Below, one piece after another: positions 29,636-39,587 of a DNA stretch of 64,000 nt. The notes beneath the pieces are model-generated. The model saw only the letters and a program-made list of their open reading frames with translations, was not told the origin of the DNA and made no database searches. Position 1 is the stretch's first letter, and each line of letters opens with the position of its first letter. The position numbers and the translations under genes were made by a program. Source of the DNA: Pseudomonadota bacterium (GTDB lineage Bacteria > Pseudomonadota > Gammaproteobacteria > Steroidobacterales > Rariloculaceae); contig JAYZFC010000006.1 of NCBI GenBank assembly GCA_036337035.1, positions 18,194-82,193 of the forward strand, in the 5' to 3' direction.

Positions 29636-31241
29636 CTCTATTAAAATAGATTAATGCGCTAGCAATTAAAATAACATAACCTACCCAAATTGGATTCAGA
29701 TCAAGAATCAACCAAGAAAAACCTGAAATAAAAAATAAAATAGAAGATAGCAGGCTTGACTCTGCTTCTGCTTGTCTAACCTTATGATTATTTAAATTCT
29801 TGCTTTCTTCTTGTATCTCTTGACTTTCTAGATTATATTTTTGAATAAAGGTTTGAAATAAAGTAGGCAATTGTAGGAAATCTTCACTCATTTCTGGCCA
29901 TTTTTTGACTATTTCTTTTATGTGAGCTTTAACACTTGTTCTCTCTTTCATCCAATTCTCAAGAAAAGGCTTAGCTGTGTCCCATAAGTCTAAATCTGGG
30001 TATAGCTGCCTGCCTAATCCCTCAATATTCAAAAGAGTTTTTTGTAGAAGCACTAGCTGTGGCTGAACCCTCATATCAAATTTTCTAGCTGTATCAAAAA
30101 GCCTCATAAGAACTAATCCAAAAGAAATTTCCCTCAAAGGCTTATTAAAAATTGGTTCACATACTGACCTAATAGCTGCTTCAAACTCATCAACCCTAGT
30201 ATCTGGCGGAACCCATCCAGAATCAACATGAAGTTTTGCAACTCTATAATAGTCATTATTAAAAAATGCTAAGAAGTTTCCTGCAAGGTAATGCTGATCT
30301 CTTTTACTCAAGCTACCTACTATCCCAAAATCAATAGCAACATACTTGGGCTCATCTGGATGTTTATTATCTATAAAAATATTTCCTGGATGCATGTCAG
30401 CATGAAAAAAATTATCTCTAAATACCTGAGTAAAGAAAATTTCAACACCATTTTCTGCTAACTTCTTTATATCTGTTTTAGACTTAACTAGAGACTCGAT
30501 ATCACTTATTGGCACACCTACAACTTTCTCCATAACCATTATATTTTTTCTGCAATAGTCCCAATAAACTTCTGGCACATATAACATACCCGAACTATGA
30601 AAATTTCTTTTTAGTTGATTAGCGTTAGAAGCTTCTGCCATAAGATCTAATTCTTTATCAAGAGTCTTTTCAAATTCTGATACTACTTCCATTAATCTTA
30701 ATCTTTTTCCTTCTTTCCAATACTTATCTATCCCTGAAGCTAATAAATATAAAAGATCAAGATCTTTTTCAATTTGCTTTCTAACGCCAGGTCTTAGAAT
30801 TTTAACTACTACTTCCTCTCCTGTTTTTAACTTAGCATCATGAACTTGTGCAACAGATGCTGCAGCTAGAGGCTCTCTTACAAATTCTTTAAATACCTCA
30901 CCTATGGGCTTTTTATAAGTATCTTCTAAAATAGAAATACTCTCTTCAGGATTAAAAGGCGGGACTTGATCTTGTAACTTAACTAGCTCGTTTATTACTT
31001 CTCTTGGAAAAATATCTCCTCTAGTAGAAATTGCCTGTCCAAATTTAACAAAAATTGGTCCCAGCTCTTCTAATGCCTTCCTAACTCTTATACCTAAAGA
31101 ATCATTACTGCTCTTTCTAGGAATAATTCTTAAAATATGATAAATGGGGCTAAATATAAGCTTCCATAACAAAATATCTAAGTCGTGCTTAAATAAAATC
31201 TTTTGAATAACTACAATTCTTAAAATTAATCTTAATTTCAT
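29625..31241 (-). CDS. ubiB: ubiquinone biosynthesis protein kinase UbiB (ABC1/ADCK family)
   Basis: AAASVAQVH, VVVKILRPG, HADMHPGNIF. ubiE-ubiJ-ubiB order. Confidence 0.93.
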   Translation of the reverse strand: MKLRLILRIVVIQKILFKHDLDILLWKLIFSPIYHILRIIPRKSSNDSLGIRVRKALEELGPIFVKFGQAISTRGDIFPREVINELVKLQDQVPPFNPEESISILEDTYKKPIGEVFKEFVREPLAAASVAQVHDAKLKTGEEVVVKILRPGVRKQIEKDLDLLYLLASGIDKYWKEGKRLRLMEVVSEFEKTLDKELDLMAEASNANQLKRNFHSSGMLYVPEVYWDYCRKNIMVMEKVVGVPISDIESLVKSKTDIKKLAENGVEIFFTQVFRDNFFHADMHPGNIFIDNKHPDEPKYVAIDFGIVGSLSKRDQHYLAGNFLAFFNNDYYRVAKLHVDSGWVPPDTRVDEFEAAIRSVCEPIFNKPLREISFGLVLMRLFDTARKFDMRVQPQLVLLQKTLLNIEGLGRQLYPDLDLWDTAKPFLENWMKERTSVKAHIKEIVKKWPEMSEDFLQLPTLFQTFIQKYNLESQEIQEESKNLNNHKVRQAEAESSLLSSILFFISGFSWLILDLNPIWVGYVILIASALIYFNRVMR

Positions 31242-31242
31242 A

Positions 31243-31863
31243 CTAGTACTTATTTTCCATAGAGATATTTCTGAATTCTAAAATTTTTCTTTCTGCATCA
31301 TCTCTTAATAAATCTACTGCATCATAAAATTTATTAGCTTCAGCTATAGTCGGCAGAGACTTATTTTCTTCTTGGAGAAATTCTTTAATATTAAGAAGCA
31401 GTTTTTTATGGATTTTTCTACGAAAATCAATAGTATTATTAATAAAATCTATAGAATGATAAGTAAAAAAATCTCCAAAAATTTCAGATAAGTAGAATTC
31501 AAAATCTGGCTTTATTAAATTAAGCAAGGTATAAATATCATCTAATACGCTAGCGTCACCGTCAATTGATACTCTATCCAATTTCTGTCCTTTTGAGCGT
31601 AAAAATGATAATAATGAAATTGGGCTTCCCGATAAAGTGACATGAGCCAGCTCATCAAAGACATTTTTTATAAAAATGTGCTTATCATTAATTATCACAA
31701 ATATTTCAATATCTATAATATCTACTTTTATCAATAATACTTTATGTCCTAACTCAGAAATAAAGTTATTGGCTGTAGCTGATCTCAATATTTGACTGTT
31801 TAAATATTCCTCTAGGGATCTTAATATCTTCTCTTCCATTATTTTTTTATATTCTATAACCAA
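31243..31863 (-). CDS. ubiJ: ubiquinone biosynthesis accessory factor UbiJ (SCP2 domain)
   Basis: Position between ubiE and ubiB, with an SCP2-like N-terminal half. The true start may be the internal ATG at 31839, which removes the overlap with ubiE. Confidence 0.75.
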   Translation of the reverse strand: MVIEYKKIMEEKILRSLEEYLNSQILRSATANNFISELGHKVLLIKVDIIDIEIFVIINDKHIFIKNVFDELAHVTLSGSPISLLSFLRSKGQKLDRVSIDGDASVLDDIYTLLNLIKPDFEFYLSEIFGDFFTYHSIDFINNTIDFRRKIHKKLLLNIKEFLQEENKSLPTIAEANKFYDAVDLLRDDAERKILEFRNISMENKY

Positions 31864-32611
31864 TATGTAAAGATACTATTCCAGCGGACAAATTATAATA
31901 TTTACAATTTACAAAACCCTGATCTTCCATCATTTCCTTCAAAATATCTTGATTAGGATGGCGCCGAATTGACTCTACTAAATATTCATAACTATTTTTA
32001 TCACTAAGCACTAACTCTCCAATCTTTGGTAATACTTTAAAACTATAAAATTCATACAGCCTTTCTAAGAGACCTAAATTAGCTTTGGAAAACTCTAAAA
32101 CTAGCAGCCTTCCTCCTGGCTTAATAACTTTATACATAGATGATAAAGCTAAAGACTTATCTGTTACATTCCTTAGACCAAAACCAATAGTTACACAGTC
32201 AAATATTGATCCATGAAATGGCAGACACTCTGCATCCGCCTGCATAAATGACATGTTTCTAAAGATTCCAGAATCTATAGCCTTATCCCTACCAATCTTA
32301 AGCATATTGGAATTAATATCAGTAGCTATTACTTTACCTTCATGACCTACTTGTCTAGCTAAACTAATTGCTAAATCACAACTACCAGCTGCTACATCTA
32401 GGGCAGAATTGCCTAATCTCAGTCCTGTATTATTTAAAGCAAACCTCTTCCATAACCTATGTAAACCAAAGGACATTATGTCATTCATAAGATCATATTT
32501 TTGGTGAACTGAATCAAAAACAGAATGTACTCTTTTTTTCTTCTCTTGCCACCTTACTTTCTCAAATCCAAAGTCAGTTAAAGGTTTTTCTTTCAGATCT
32601 CTATCTTCCAA
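31847..32611 (-). CDS. ubiE: ubiquinone/menaquinone C-methyltransferase UbiE
   Basis: YDLMND, LDVAAGS, FGLRNVTD motifs. Confidence 0.95.
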   Translation of the reverse strand: MEDRDLKEKPLTDFGFEKVRWQEKKKRVHSVFDSVHQKYDLMNDIMSFGLHRLWKRFALNNTGLRLGNSALDVAAGSCDLAISLARQVGHEGKVIATDINSNMLKIGRDKAIDSGIFRNMSFMQADAECLPFHGSIFDCVTIGFGLRNVTDKSLALSSMYKVIKPGGRLLVLEFSKANLGLLERLYEFYSFKVLPKIGELVLSDKNSYEYLVESIRRHPNQDILKEMMEDQGFVNCKYYNLSAGIVSLHIGYRI

Positions 32612-32951
32612 TGTTTCTAGTCCTTTCTAGATACCTTTTTGAGTTTTTTTCAAAATTTATTCCAAGCTCGTAAATAAATTGCCAAGTATATATGCCCGTA
32701 TTATGCCCGTCATTAAAAATTAATTTAATAGCATACAGACCTATTGGTTTAATATCTGTTATTTCTACATCTTCTTTTCCTAACACTAACGCGCCTTCTC
32801 CTCCACCATGGCCCTTTACTTCTGCAGAAGGTGAAAAAACTCTTAAATATTTAGATGTTAATAAAAATACTTTTCCATCTGGAAAAATTACTTCTAATTT
32901 TTTCTTATTTTTATGTAGCTTGATTCTTTTAGGAATATGCGTATCTTTCAT
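32601..32951 (-). CDS. DUF971-family protein
   Basis: 116 aa with YLRVFSPSAEVKGHG and NDGHNTGIYTW, typical of DUF971. Upstream of ubiE. Confidence 0.7.
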   Translation of the reverse strand: MKDTHIPKRIKLHKNKKKLEVIFPDGKVFLLTSKYLRVFSPSAEVKGHGGGEGALVLGKEDVEITDIKPIGLYAIKLIFNDGHNTGIYTWQFIYELGINFEKNSKRYLERTRNIGR

Positions 32952-32963
32952 ACAAATATAAAA

Positions 32964-33863
32964 CTATTTCTTTGCCCTAGGATGTGACCTATCATATGCC
33001 TGAGCCAAATGCTGAAAATTTAGATGTGTATAAATTTGGGTTGAAGCAATACTAGAATGCCCTAATAGCTCTTGAACAGCCCGCAAGTCTGAACTTGACT
33101 CTAGCATATGTGTAGCAAATGAATGTCTAAGCATATGAGGATGAATATTAATACCAAGACCAAGTCTTTCTGACCAAACTTTAAATCGCAGCTGAATTGC
33201 TCTAGGAGTTATCCTAGTTCCTCTTTTAGAAATAAATAATGCTTTTTCATTATTAGATTTTATAAACTCTCTCCTATCAAGCCAAATTTTTATTGCTATA
33301 ACTGCATATTTACCAACAGGCAAAATCCTAGATTTATTACCTTTACCTAGAACTCTTACCGTTCTATCTACAAGATCTAAATCTAGAATATCTAAGCCTA
33401 CAACTTCTGATAATCTTAAGCCCGAGGAATAAAACAACTCTAGAATCGCCCTATCTCTTACAATTAAGTCATCATTTCCTTCTAAAGAAAGCAAGCTTGC
33501 AACTTGGTCAGCATCCAAAGTTTTTGGCAGTCTTCTTGGTATTTTAGGAGCTTGTATATTTTTTGCAGGATTTAAATCTATAATATTCTGATTGACAAGA
33601 AAATCTAGAAAGCTTCTAACAGAAGAGAGTCGTCTAGCAATTGTTTTTGGTGCTAGACCTTGACGATGGCAGCTCGACACATAACCTCTAATTAAATATT
33701 CATCCATTTTATGAATTTTATCAGTCATAGTGCTTAAGAAAATTATAAATACGCTAATATCTCTACTATAGGCATCTATTGTATGGGATGAAAACCTCCT
33801 TTCGACAGTAAGCTTATCTAAAAACTGATTCTTATATTTATCAAAATATGCAATATTATTCAT
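32964..33863 (-). CDS. xerC: site-specific tyrosine recombinase XerC
   Basis: Catalytic R...HxxR...Y (HMLRHSFATH, LGHSSIASTQIYTH). Conserved dapF-DUF484-xerC order as in E. coli. Confidence 0.88.
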   Translation of the reverse strand: MNNIAYFDKYKNQFLDKLTVERRFSSHTIDAYSRDISVFIIFLSTMTDKIHKMDEYLIRGYVSSCHRQGLAPKTIARRLSSVRSFLDFLVNQNIIDLNPAKNIQAPKIPRRLPKTLDADQVASLLSLEGNDDLIVRDRAILELFYSSGLRLSEVVGLDILDLDLVDRTVRVLGKGNKSRILPVGKYAVIAIKIWLDRREFIKSNNEKALFISKRGTRITPRAIQLRFKVWSERLGLGINIHPHMLRHSFATHMLESSSDLRAVQELLGHSSIASTQIYTHLNFQHLAQAYDRSHPRAKK

Positions 33864-34569
33864 TGCTGTCTATAAAATTAGAAATAATAATATAAATAAG
33901 GTCGCCTAAACCAGATAAAATATCCACGCTTTGATTAGGATTAAAATAATCCTTCTCCATACTTCCAATTGCTAGAAAACCTAACATTATTTGATCTCCT
34001 ACAGGAATAAGCGCAGCTGACCTTATTATTGGATCGCTTCCAAACAGATATGTTGCATGCTCTGCTTTTATTTCTCCACACTTTGGTGAACCTAAATCAA
34101 TAAATTTAGAAAAATAATCTAATTTTTTATCTTCTCTATTAAAGTATTTTATAAACTTATTGCTCTTAGTGGTTAGATTTTTTTTTCTAAGGTCATCACT
34201 AATCATTAATACAGAAGATGCTATAGAAAAGTCATTATGTAAAAAGCTGTTAATTAGCTCCAGCCTTTCAGATAAATTATTAGTCTTTAATTGATTAAAA
34301 TATAGTTTTTGTATTTTTTTTATAAATAAGTCATTTTTTTTTCCTATAGAAATCAAATCAGCTAGCTTATTCTTATAATTAGCATTCTGATCACGAAGTA
34401 AGCTAACCTGATGCTCTATAAGAGAAATAGAGCCTTTAGGCTGATTATGATTAAGATTTACTTGTTCTAATATGTGAGGATTCTCATAAAAAAAATTAGG
34501 GTGCTTCTCTAGATAGATCACTATATCTTCCAGTGAGATATTTTCTTTATTAGAGCCCTGATCAGACAT
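33856..34569 (-). CDS. DUF484 (YigA-like) protein
   Basis: N-terminal YLEKHPNFF and a GAF-like C-terminus. Sits between dapF and xerC. Confidence 0.75.
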   Translation of the reverse strand: MSDQGSNKENISLEDIVIYLEKHPNFFYENPHILEQVNLNHNQPKGSISLIEHQVSLLRDQNANYKNKLADLISIGKKNDLFIKKIQKLYFNQLKTNNLSERLELINSFLHNDFSIASSVLMISDDLRKKNLTTKSNKFIKYFNREDKKLDYFSKFIDLGSPKCGEIKAEHATYLFGSDPIIRSAALIPVGDQIMLGFLAIGSMEKDYFNPNQSVDILSGLGDLIYIIISNFIDSNE

Positions 34570-35392
34570 AATCTATATCTCCTTCATAACAAATATTTGC
34601 CTCTCCTGTTAGCCATAATTGCTCTTCCAAGCTAGGCCAATGAACCTCTAAAACACCTCCAGACATTATTATTCTTAATCTTAAATTTAAATTATAAAGT
34701 TTTATTCCTATCGCGGCGGCTGCTGCTGCTCCAGTTCCACAAGCAAGAGTCTCGCCAACACCTCGTTCAAAAACACGAAGAGCTAGCTCCTTTTTATTCT
34801 TTATTTTCATAAATCCAACATTTACGCTCTCTGGAAAACGATTCTTATCGTTCTGCATATAATCACTTATAACATTAAGATCGCATTCCTCTAGGCCATC
34901 ATCAATAATGACGGCATGCGGGTTTCCCATAGACAAAACTGAATAATCTAAGACACAGCCATTTATGCTTGCTTTATGAATACTTTTATTATCATTATAA
35001 AAATATGGGAGCGACTTTGGGCGGAATTCAGGAATGCCGAGCGAAGTGGTTATTCTATTATTATTTATTAATGAGGCATCTACCTGCCCTGATAAAGACT
35101 CTAATTTAATATTTTTTATATTATATTTATGTGTTAAATACCTAGCTACACATCTAGCGCCATTACCACACTGCTCTGCTTCAGAACCATCTGCATTAAA
35201 GGTCGTGTATCGTGCATCAAATTTATTGCTAGAAGGCTCTTCAATAATCATCAGCTGATCAAAACCTATTCCAGAACTAGAATTTGACCATTTTCTTATT
35301 GTTTCAAGACTCGGCAAAGGTGTATTTTTAGGCCATTCAATAAGCATAAATAAATTACCGCAGGCGTCCATCTTTGTATATTTTATGCTCAT
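34562..35392 (-). CDS. dapF: diaminopimelate epimerase
   Basis: Two catalytic Cys motifs (EQCGNGARC and LACGTGA). Confidence 0.95.
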   Translation of the reverse strand: MSIKYTKMDACGNLFMLIEWPKNTPLPSLETIRKWSNSSSGIGFDQLMIIEEPSSNKFDARYTTFNADGSEAEQCGNGARCVARYLTHKYNIKNIKLESLSGQVDASLINNNRITTSLGIPEFRPKSLPYFYNDNKSIHKASINGCVLDYSVLSMGNPHAVIIDDGLEECDLNVISDYMQNDKNRFPESVNVGFMKIKNKKELALRVFERGVGETLACGTGAAAAAAIGIKLYNLNLRLRIIMSGGVLEVHWPSLEEQLWLTGEANICYEGDIDYV

Positions 35393-35513
35393 AATCTAAT
35401 AAGATAACATCAAATAGAACAAATATAATTAAAATCTCATATATGACATATTTTTTCTATCGAAATATCTTAATAATTAGACTTATAGCATTGTTATGTA
35501 TTAAAGTTAGAGG

Positions 35514-36158
35514 ATGAGAAAAATCCTAATAACTAATAACAAAGGTGGCTGCGGAAAAAGCACTTTGGCAACAAATTTAGCTGCTTATTTTGCAAATGAA
35601 GGTGTAACAACATCTTTAGCTGACTATGATGAGCAAGGATCTTCAGTAGAGTGGCTCGATAGAAGATCTGATAAATTTCCTAAAATTTCTTCTTTAATAG
35701 GATATAAGGATGGATTGAAGCATATACCTAAAGCTACTGAAGTTCTGGTAATTGATGCGCCAGCAAGATCTTCAAATAAAGAATTAACAAATTTAATTAA
35801 TCATGTTGACACTATTTTAGTACCAGTTATGCCCTCATCAATAGATATGGAAGCTTCTGCTAAATATATATCCGAAATACTTACTAGAAATAAAATACAG
35901 AATAAGCAAGCAAAAGTTGCACTTATCGCTAACAGAGTAAGAGAGAACACAATCATCTTTGATGAGCTTGATGTTTTTCTTGATAGCTATAAAATTCCTT
36001 ATATTGCTACTCTTAGAGAAACTCAAAATTACATTAAGTCTTTTCAGAAAGGATTAGGAATACATGAAATGCCTCCATATCTTGCATGGCAAGACTGGGA
36101 ACAATGGGAACCAATCATTGATTGGCTTAATTCTAAAAAATCACAAATAAGCAAGTAA
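35514..36158 (+). CDS. orphan ParA/MinD-family P-loop ATPase
   Basis: Deviant Walker A NNKGGCGKST. 214 aa with a Trp-rich C-terminal tail. No ParB-like partner nearby. Confidence 0.8.
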   Translation: MRKILITNNKGGCGKSTLATNLAAYFANEGVTTSLADYDEQGSSVEWLDRRSDKFPKISSLIGYKDGLKHIPKATEVLVIDAPARSSNKELTNLINHVDTILVPVMPSSIDMEASAKYISEILTRNKIQNKQAKVALIANRVRENTIIFDELDVFLDSYKIPYIATLRETQNYIKSFQKGLGIHEMPPYLAWQDWEQWEPIIDWLNSKKSQISK

Positions 36159-36171
36159 TTAATCTGAAATT

Positions 36172-37353
36172 TTAATAATCTTTTTCCATATTTCTTATGG
36201 AAGATTCAATTCCTTTTCTATATACCTCGCAAGCTCTCTCACAATCTCCTAAATTTTTTAGCAGAAGTCCATAAAGTTGATAAGATTCTAATTTGGTATC
36301 ATCTATGGTTTGTATTGCTTCTAAATATTTTTTTGCTTTTCCCCATAACTCTAGAGACATACAAAGTCTGCCGCAAGTTAAAAGAAGATTAGCACTTTCA
36401 GGATGATTCTCAAGCCATCTCTCTGACTTATGTAATTGATTATCTAATTTACTAGACCTAATAAGACCATATGAAAGAACTAAATCATTATCCCACTTCT
36501 TGCTGATGGCTTTGGATAATATTTGCTCTGCTTTGTCTCCAAGTCCTAAGTTTCCTAATAAAACAGAGTAGGTAGCTACTATGCCTGGCTCGTTCCTAAT
36601 AGAATTTGAAAGACCACCAATAAATAAATCTAGGGCTTTATCTGTCAAATTTGATTTTTTACCTAATCTATTCAAAGCATTTTTAACTATAGATACTTTT
36701 TCTTGCTTATCAATCTCAGCATTAGAAATTCTTGCCGCTATGCTGATTAAAGAATCCCAATCTTGCAAAGAATTATAGGTTTTAGCCAATAGCTCTATCC
36801 CTAAAGGATGATTTGATTTACCATCCCTATAATTTTCCAGTGTTGCTAAAGCACCTTCATAATCCTTATTATTATATTGTAACTCAGCCTTCGTTAATAA
36901 TATTGCTGATTTTGAATTAGGAACATTCTCATAAGCAAGCCTCAACCACTCGTCCCTTCTATTGGTTAGCCCTTGTGAGTTAGCAGCCCTAGCTGCCAAT
37001 AAAAACTTAATTAGTAACATGTCTGATGATTCTAATGTATTTGAAAAAATCTTTTCAGCTTTAGCCCAGCTTCCCTCAAAAAAATATTTCACTGCTAAAT
37101 TAAGCTTATTATTATTTTTTTTATTTTTTATACTCTCTAAATTAAGAATAATTTTCTTTGGAATAAAGATAAATCTTGCTAATGTCCTAATTATAAAATA
37201 CAGCATTAAGAACAGAATTAGGATAAATGGAAAAGATGTCTCAATAGAATAACCTAAATACTCTATCAGAACATATCCTATATCCTTGAGAAGCAGGTGA
37301 GCAATAAACGCACCTACTGCCATTGAAAATATTAATACTATGCCTATCTTCAT
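36172..37353 (-). CDS. hemY: HemY-like inner-membrane TPR protein
   Basis: Two N-terminal TM segments with GYVLIEYLGYSIETS (E. coli HemY has GYVLIQTDNYNIETS) and a TPR-like remainder. Confidence 0.75.
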   Translation of the reverse strand: MKIGIVLIFSMAVGAFIAHLLLKDIGYVLIEYLGYSIETSFPFILILFLMLYFIIRTLARFIFIPKKIILNLESIKNKKNNNKLNLAVKYFFEGSWAKAEKIFSNTLESSDMLLIKFLLAARAANSQGLTNRRDEWLRLAYENVPNSKSAILLTKAELQYNNKDYEGALATLENYRDGKSNHPLGIELLAKTYNSLQDWDSLISIAARISNAEIDKQEKVSIVKNALNRLGKKSNLTDKALDLFIGGLSNSIRNEPGIVATYSVLLGNLGLGDKAEQILSKAISKKWDNDLVLSYGLIRSSKLDNQLHKSERWLENHPESANLLLTCGRLCMSLELWGKAKKYLEAIQTIDDTKLESYQLYGLLLKNLGDCERACEVYRKGIESSIRNMEKDY

Positions 37354-37510
37354 CTAACTATAAATCCATATTTTAGCTTTTCTCTAGAAGGATTAAATAT
37401 AATCTACGAAAAATACCCTAATATTCCTAAAAAAATCTTAGCCATGTATAATTAATATTATTCTTTATTGTGAATAAGGCAATAATTTTTTAATTTTATA
37501 AGGAAAACAT

Positions 37511-37783
37511 ATGTCTAAATTCTTCGATCAACGAAAAATAGATGAGCTATCAAAAAAACTAGCTGAGGCTATTCCTGAAAATTATCAAATAATAAAAAGC
37601 GATTTAGAAGAAAACTTTAAATCATTACTTAATACTGGTTTATCTAAAATGGATTTAGTAACTAGAGAAGAATTTGATCTTCAGGTTTCAGTCCTAGCCA
37701 GAACAAGAAAAAAACTAGAAGATCTGGAACAAGCTATTTCAGAAGCTAATAAAAAAAATTCTGGAAACATTCAAGATCAATAA
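37511..37783 (+). CDS. ubiK: ubiquinone biosynthesis accessory factor UbiK (YqiC/BMFP family)
   Basis: MDLVTREEFDLQVSVLARTRKKLEDLEQ closely parallels E. coli YqiC [23 protein letters not shown]. Confidence 0.8.
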   Translation: MSKFFDQRKIDELSKKLAEAIPENYQIIKSDLEENFKSLLNTGLSKMDLVTREEFDLQVSVLARTRKKLEDLEQAISEANKKNSGNIQDQ

Positions 37784-37832
37784 CTAGACAGATTAAGATT
37801 TATCGCTATAATTACATTTTTTTGGAGTTGTT

Positions 37833-38327
37833 TTGAAAAGTAGAGAGCAAAAATTTTTTGATATCTTTATGCTACTAGTGGGCATATATGTTGGTACCAT
37901 GATCTCTATTGCTGTGTTTGCTAACTTTACCTCTGAAGATGATTCAAGGATAAGCAACTCCTCAAATTCTGATAGAATAATGCCAATTGGTCAGTTTGCT
38001 CTTCTGGGTGATTCCGATATAGGACAACTGATCAATCCTCATCAAAATGCAACCCCAAATTTAGAAGCAACATCACTATCTGGCACAGAAGTATATAATC
38101 AAGCATGCTCATTATGTCATCAAAGCCCAGGGGTTGCGGGTGCACCAGTATTTGGAGATATAAATGCATGGGGCCCAAGAATACTACAAGGTACAAATAC
38201 GCTACAGGATCATGCAATCAACGGCTATACTGGTGAATCAGGATATATGCCTCCGAAAGGCGGCCGACTCGATTTATCTGATGATGAGATAATTCTTGCA
38301 CTTAATTTTATGCTTGAATCTATATAA
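37833..38327 (+). CDS. membrane-anchored cytochrome c5-type c-type cytochrome
   Basis: TTG start 5 nt after GGAG. N-terminal TM helix, CSLCH heme-binding motif, MPPKG distal Met region. Confidence 0.8.
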   Translation: MKSREQKFFDIFMLLVGIYVGTMISIAVFANFTSEDDSRISNSSNSDRIMPIGQFALLGDSDIGQLINPHQNATPNLEATSLSGTEVYNQACSLCHQSPGVAGAPVFGDINAWGPRILQGTNTLQDHAINGYTGESGYMPPKGGRLDLSDDEIILALNFMLESI

Positions 38328-38336
38328 AAATCATTA

Positions 38337-39263
38337 ATGATGAAATCAAAAAATCTGAATGTTTTTTTTAGTCTTGTAGTATTATTATTTTCTCTTAATC
38401 AAGCACTAAGCCAGAGCCTATTTTCTATCAAAAATCAAAAAAACCTGATAAAAGAAATTAGGGATGCATCATATGTAATTAAAGGTGAAATGCCAGTCGC
38501 GATAAACTACTCCAAACTAGCTGAAAGCCATAGGCCTTATTCTGACATTATCACAGATGGAAATAATGATATCTTTATACAAGCAAGAACTGCATTTCAA
38601 ATAGTATACCCTTCTTCAGAAATCATGATTGACGGCGGTATGGATAGATCTATCCATAATTATTTCGGATTTGGTAGGGCAGAACCATACTGGGAAAATA
38701 AAAATAATGAAATAAAAGCAGCTCTTAAAAGAGCAGCAATTATTATAACCACTCATGAACACGCTGATCATATTGCAGGAATTATCAATAGCAATATTAC
38801 TAACAGCATAGCATCTAAAACACTGCTAACTAAATCTCAAGTCGAAACATTAGTTAATAATCCCCAAATGCCAGCAATAAAGCTTAGCCCTGATGATATA
38901 AAAAATTTTAATATAATTGATTATGAATCAATTATGCCACTAGCTCCTGGAGTAGTGCTAATAAAATCAGCAGGACACACCAATGGTCATCAAATGATTT
39001 TTGTTTCCCTAGAGAACAAACAAGAATTTCTCTTTATTGGAGATGTAGCTTGGTCAATTGAAAATATTAAACAACTAAAGCTTAGACCCCTCGCAACAAG
39101 GAATAGAATAAAAGAAGACTCTAATGCTCTTATGAATCAAATGGTTTGGATAAAATATTTAATGGATGAAGAAAATATAATCATCGTGCCTTCACACGAT
39201 GACAAATTAATTCAAGAATATAAAGAGAATAGTATCATTAATGACAGTTTAAAAATAAATTAA
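38337..39263 (+). CDS. secreted MBL-fold metallo-hydrolase
   Basis: Signal peptide (...LNQALS/QS) and HxHxDH motif (THEHADH). Confidence 0.75.
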   Translation: MMKSKNLNVFFSLVVLLFSLNQALSQSLFSIKNQKNLIKEIRDASYVIKGEMPVAINYSKLAESHRPYSDIITDGNNDIFIQARTAFQIVYPSSEIMIDGGMDRSIHNYFGFGRAEPYWENKNNEIKAALKRAAIIITTHEHADHIAGIINSNITNSIASKTLLTKSQVETLVNNPQMPAIKLSPDDIKNFNIIDYESIMPLAPGVVLIKSAGHTNGHQMIFVSLENKQEFLFIGDVAWSIENIKQLKLRPLATRNRIKEDSNALMNQMVWIKYLMDEENIIIVPSHDDKLIQEYKENSIINDSLKIN

Positions 39264-39272
39264 TTTTATTCT

Positions 39273-39551
39273 CTAACTTCTGCTAGTGACCTCTAGAAGA
39301 TGATATCCAAACTGAGTCTTTACCGGACCTTGAACTTCATTGATGCTAGCAGAAAATACTACTTCATCAAATTCCTTAACCATTTGTCCCGGACCAAAAG
39401 TTCCTAGATCACCGCCTCTTTCGCCCGAGGGACAGGAAGAAAACTCCTTAGCAATGGCGCCAAAATCTTCACCATTATTTATTCGGGCTTTAAGCTCATT
39501 ACATAAACTTTCATCTGATACTAATATATGTCGTGCGGCTGCTTGTGTCAT
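39273..39551 (-). CDS. ppiC: parvulin-type peptidyl-prolyl isomerase PpiC
   Basis: 92 aa with ARHILV, GGDLG.F, QFGYHLL motifs. Confidence 0.9.
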   Translation of the reverse strand: MTQAAARHILVSDESLCNELKARINNGEDFGAIAKEFSSCPSGERGGDLGTFGPGQMVKEFDEVVFSASINEVQGPVKTQFGYHLLEVTSRS

Positions 39552-39587
39552 GAAGTAATCCTTATATTGTTTTATTATAATAGTATA

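Noticed and set aside
32964-33863. A tyrosine recombinase that might mark an integrated mobile element or genomic island.
   Set aside because: It sits in the conserved housekeeping block dapF-DUF484(yigA)-xerC and has the full XerC-type catalytic motifs. I see no flanking repeats, phage genes or tRNA target. It is the chromosome-dimer resolvase, not an integrase.
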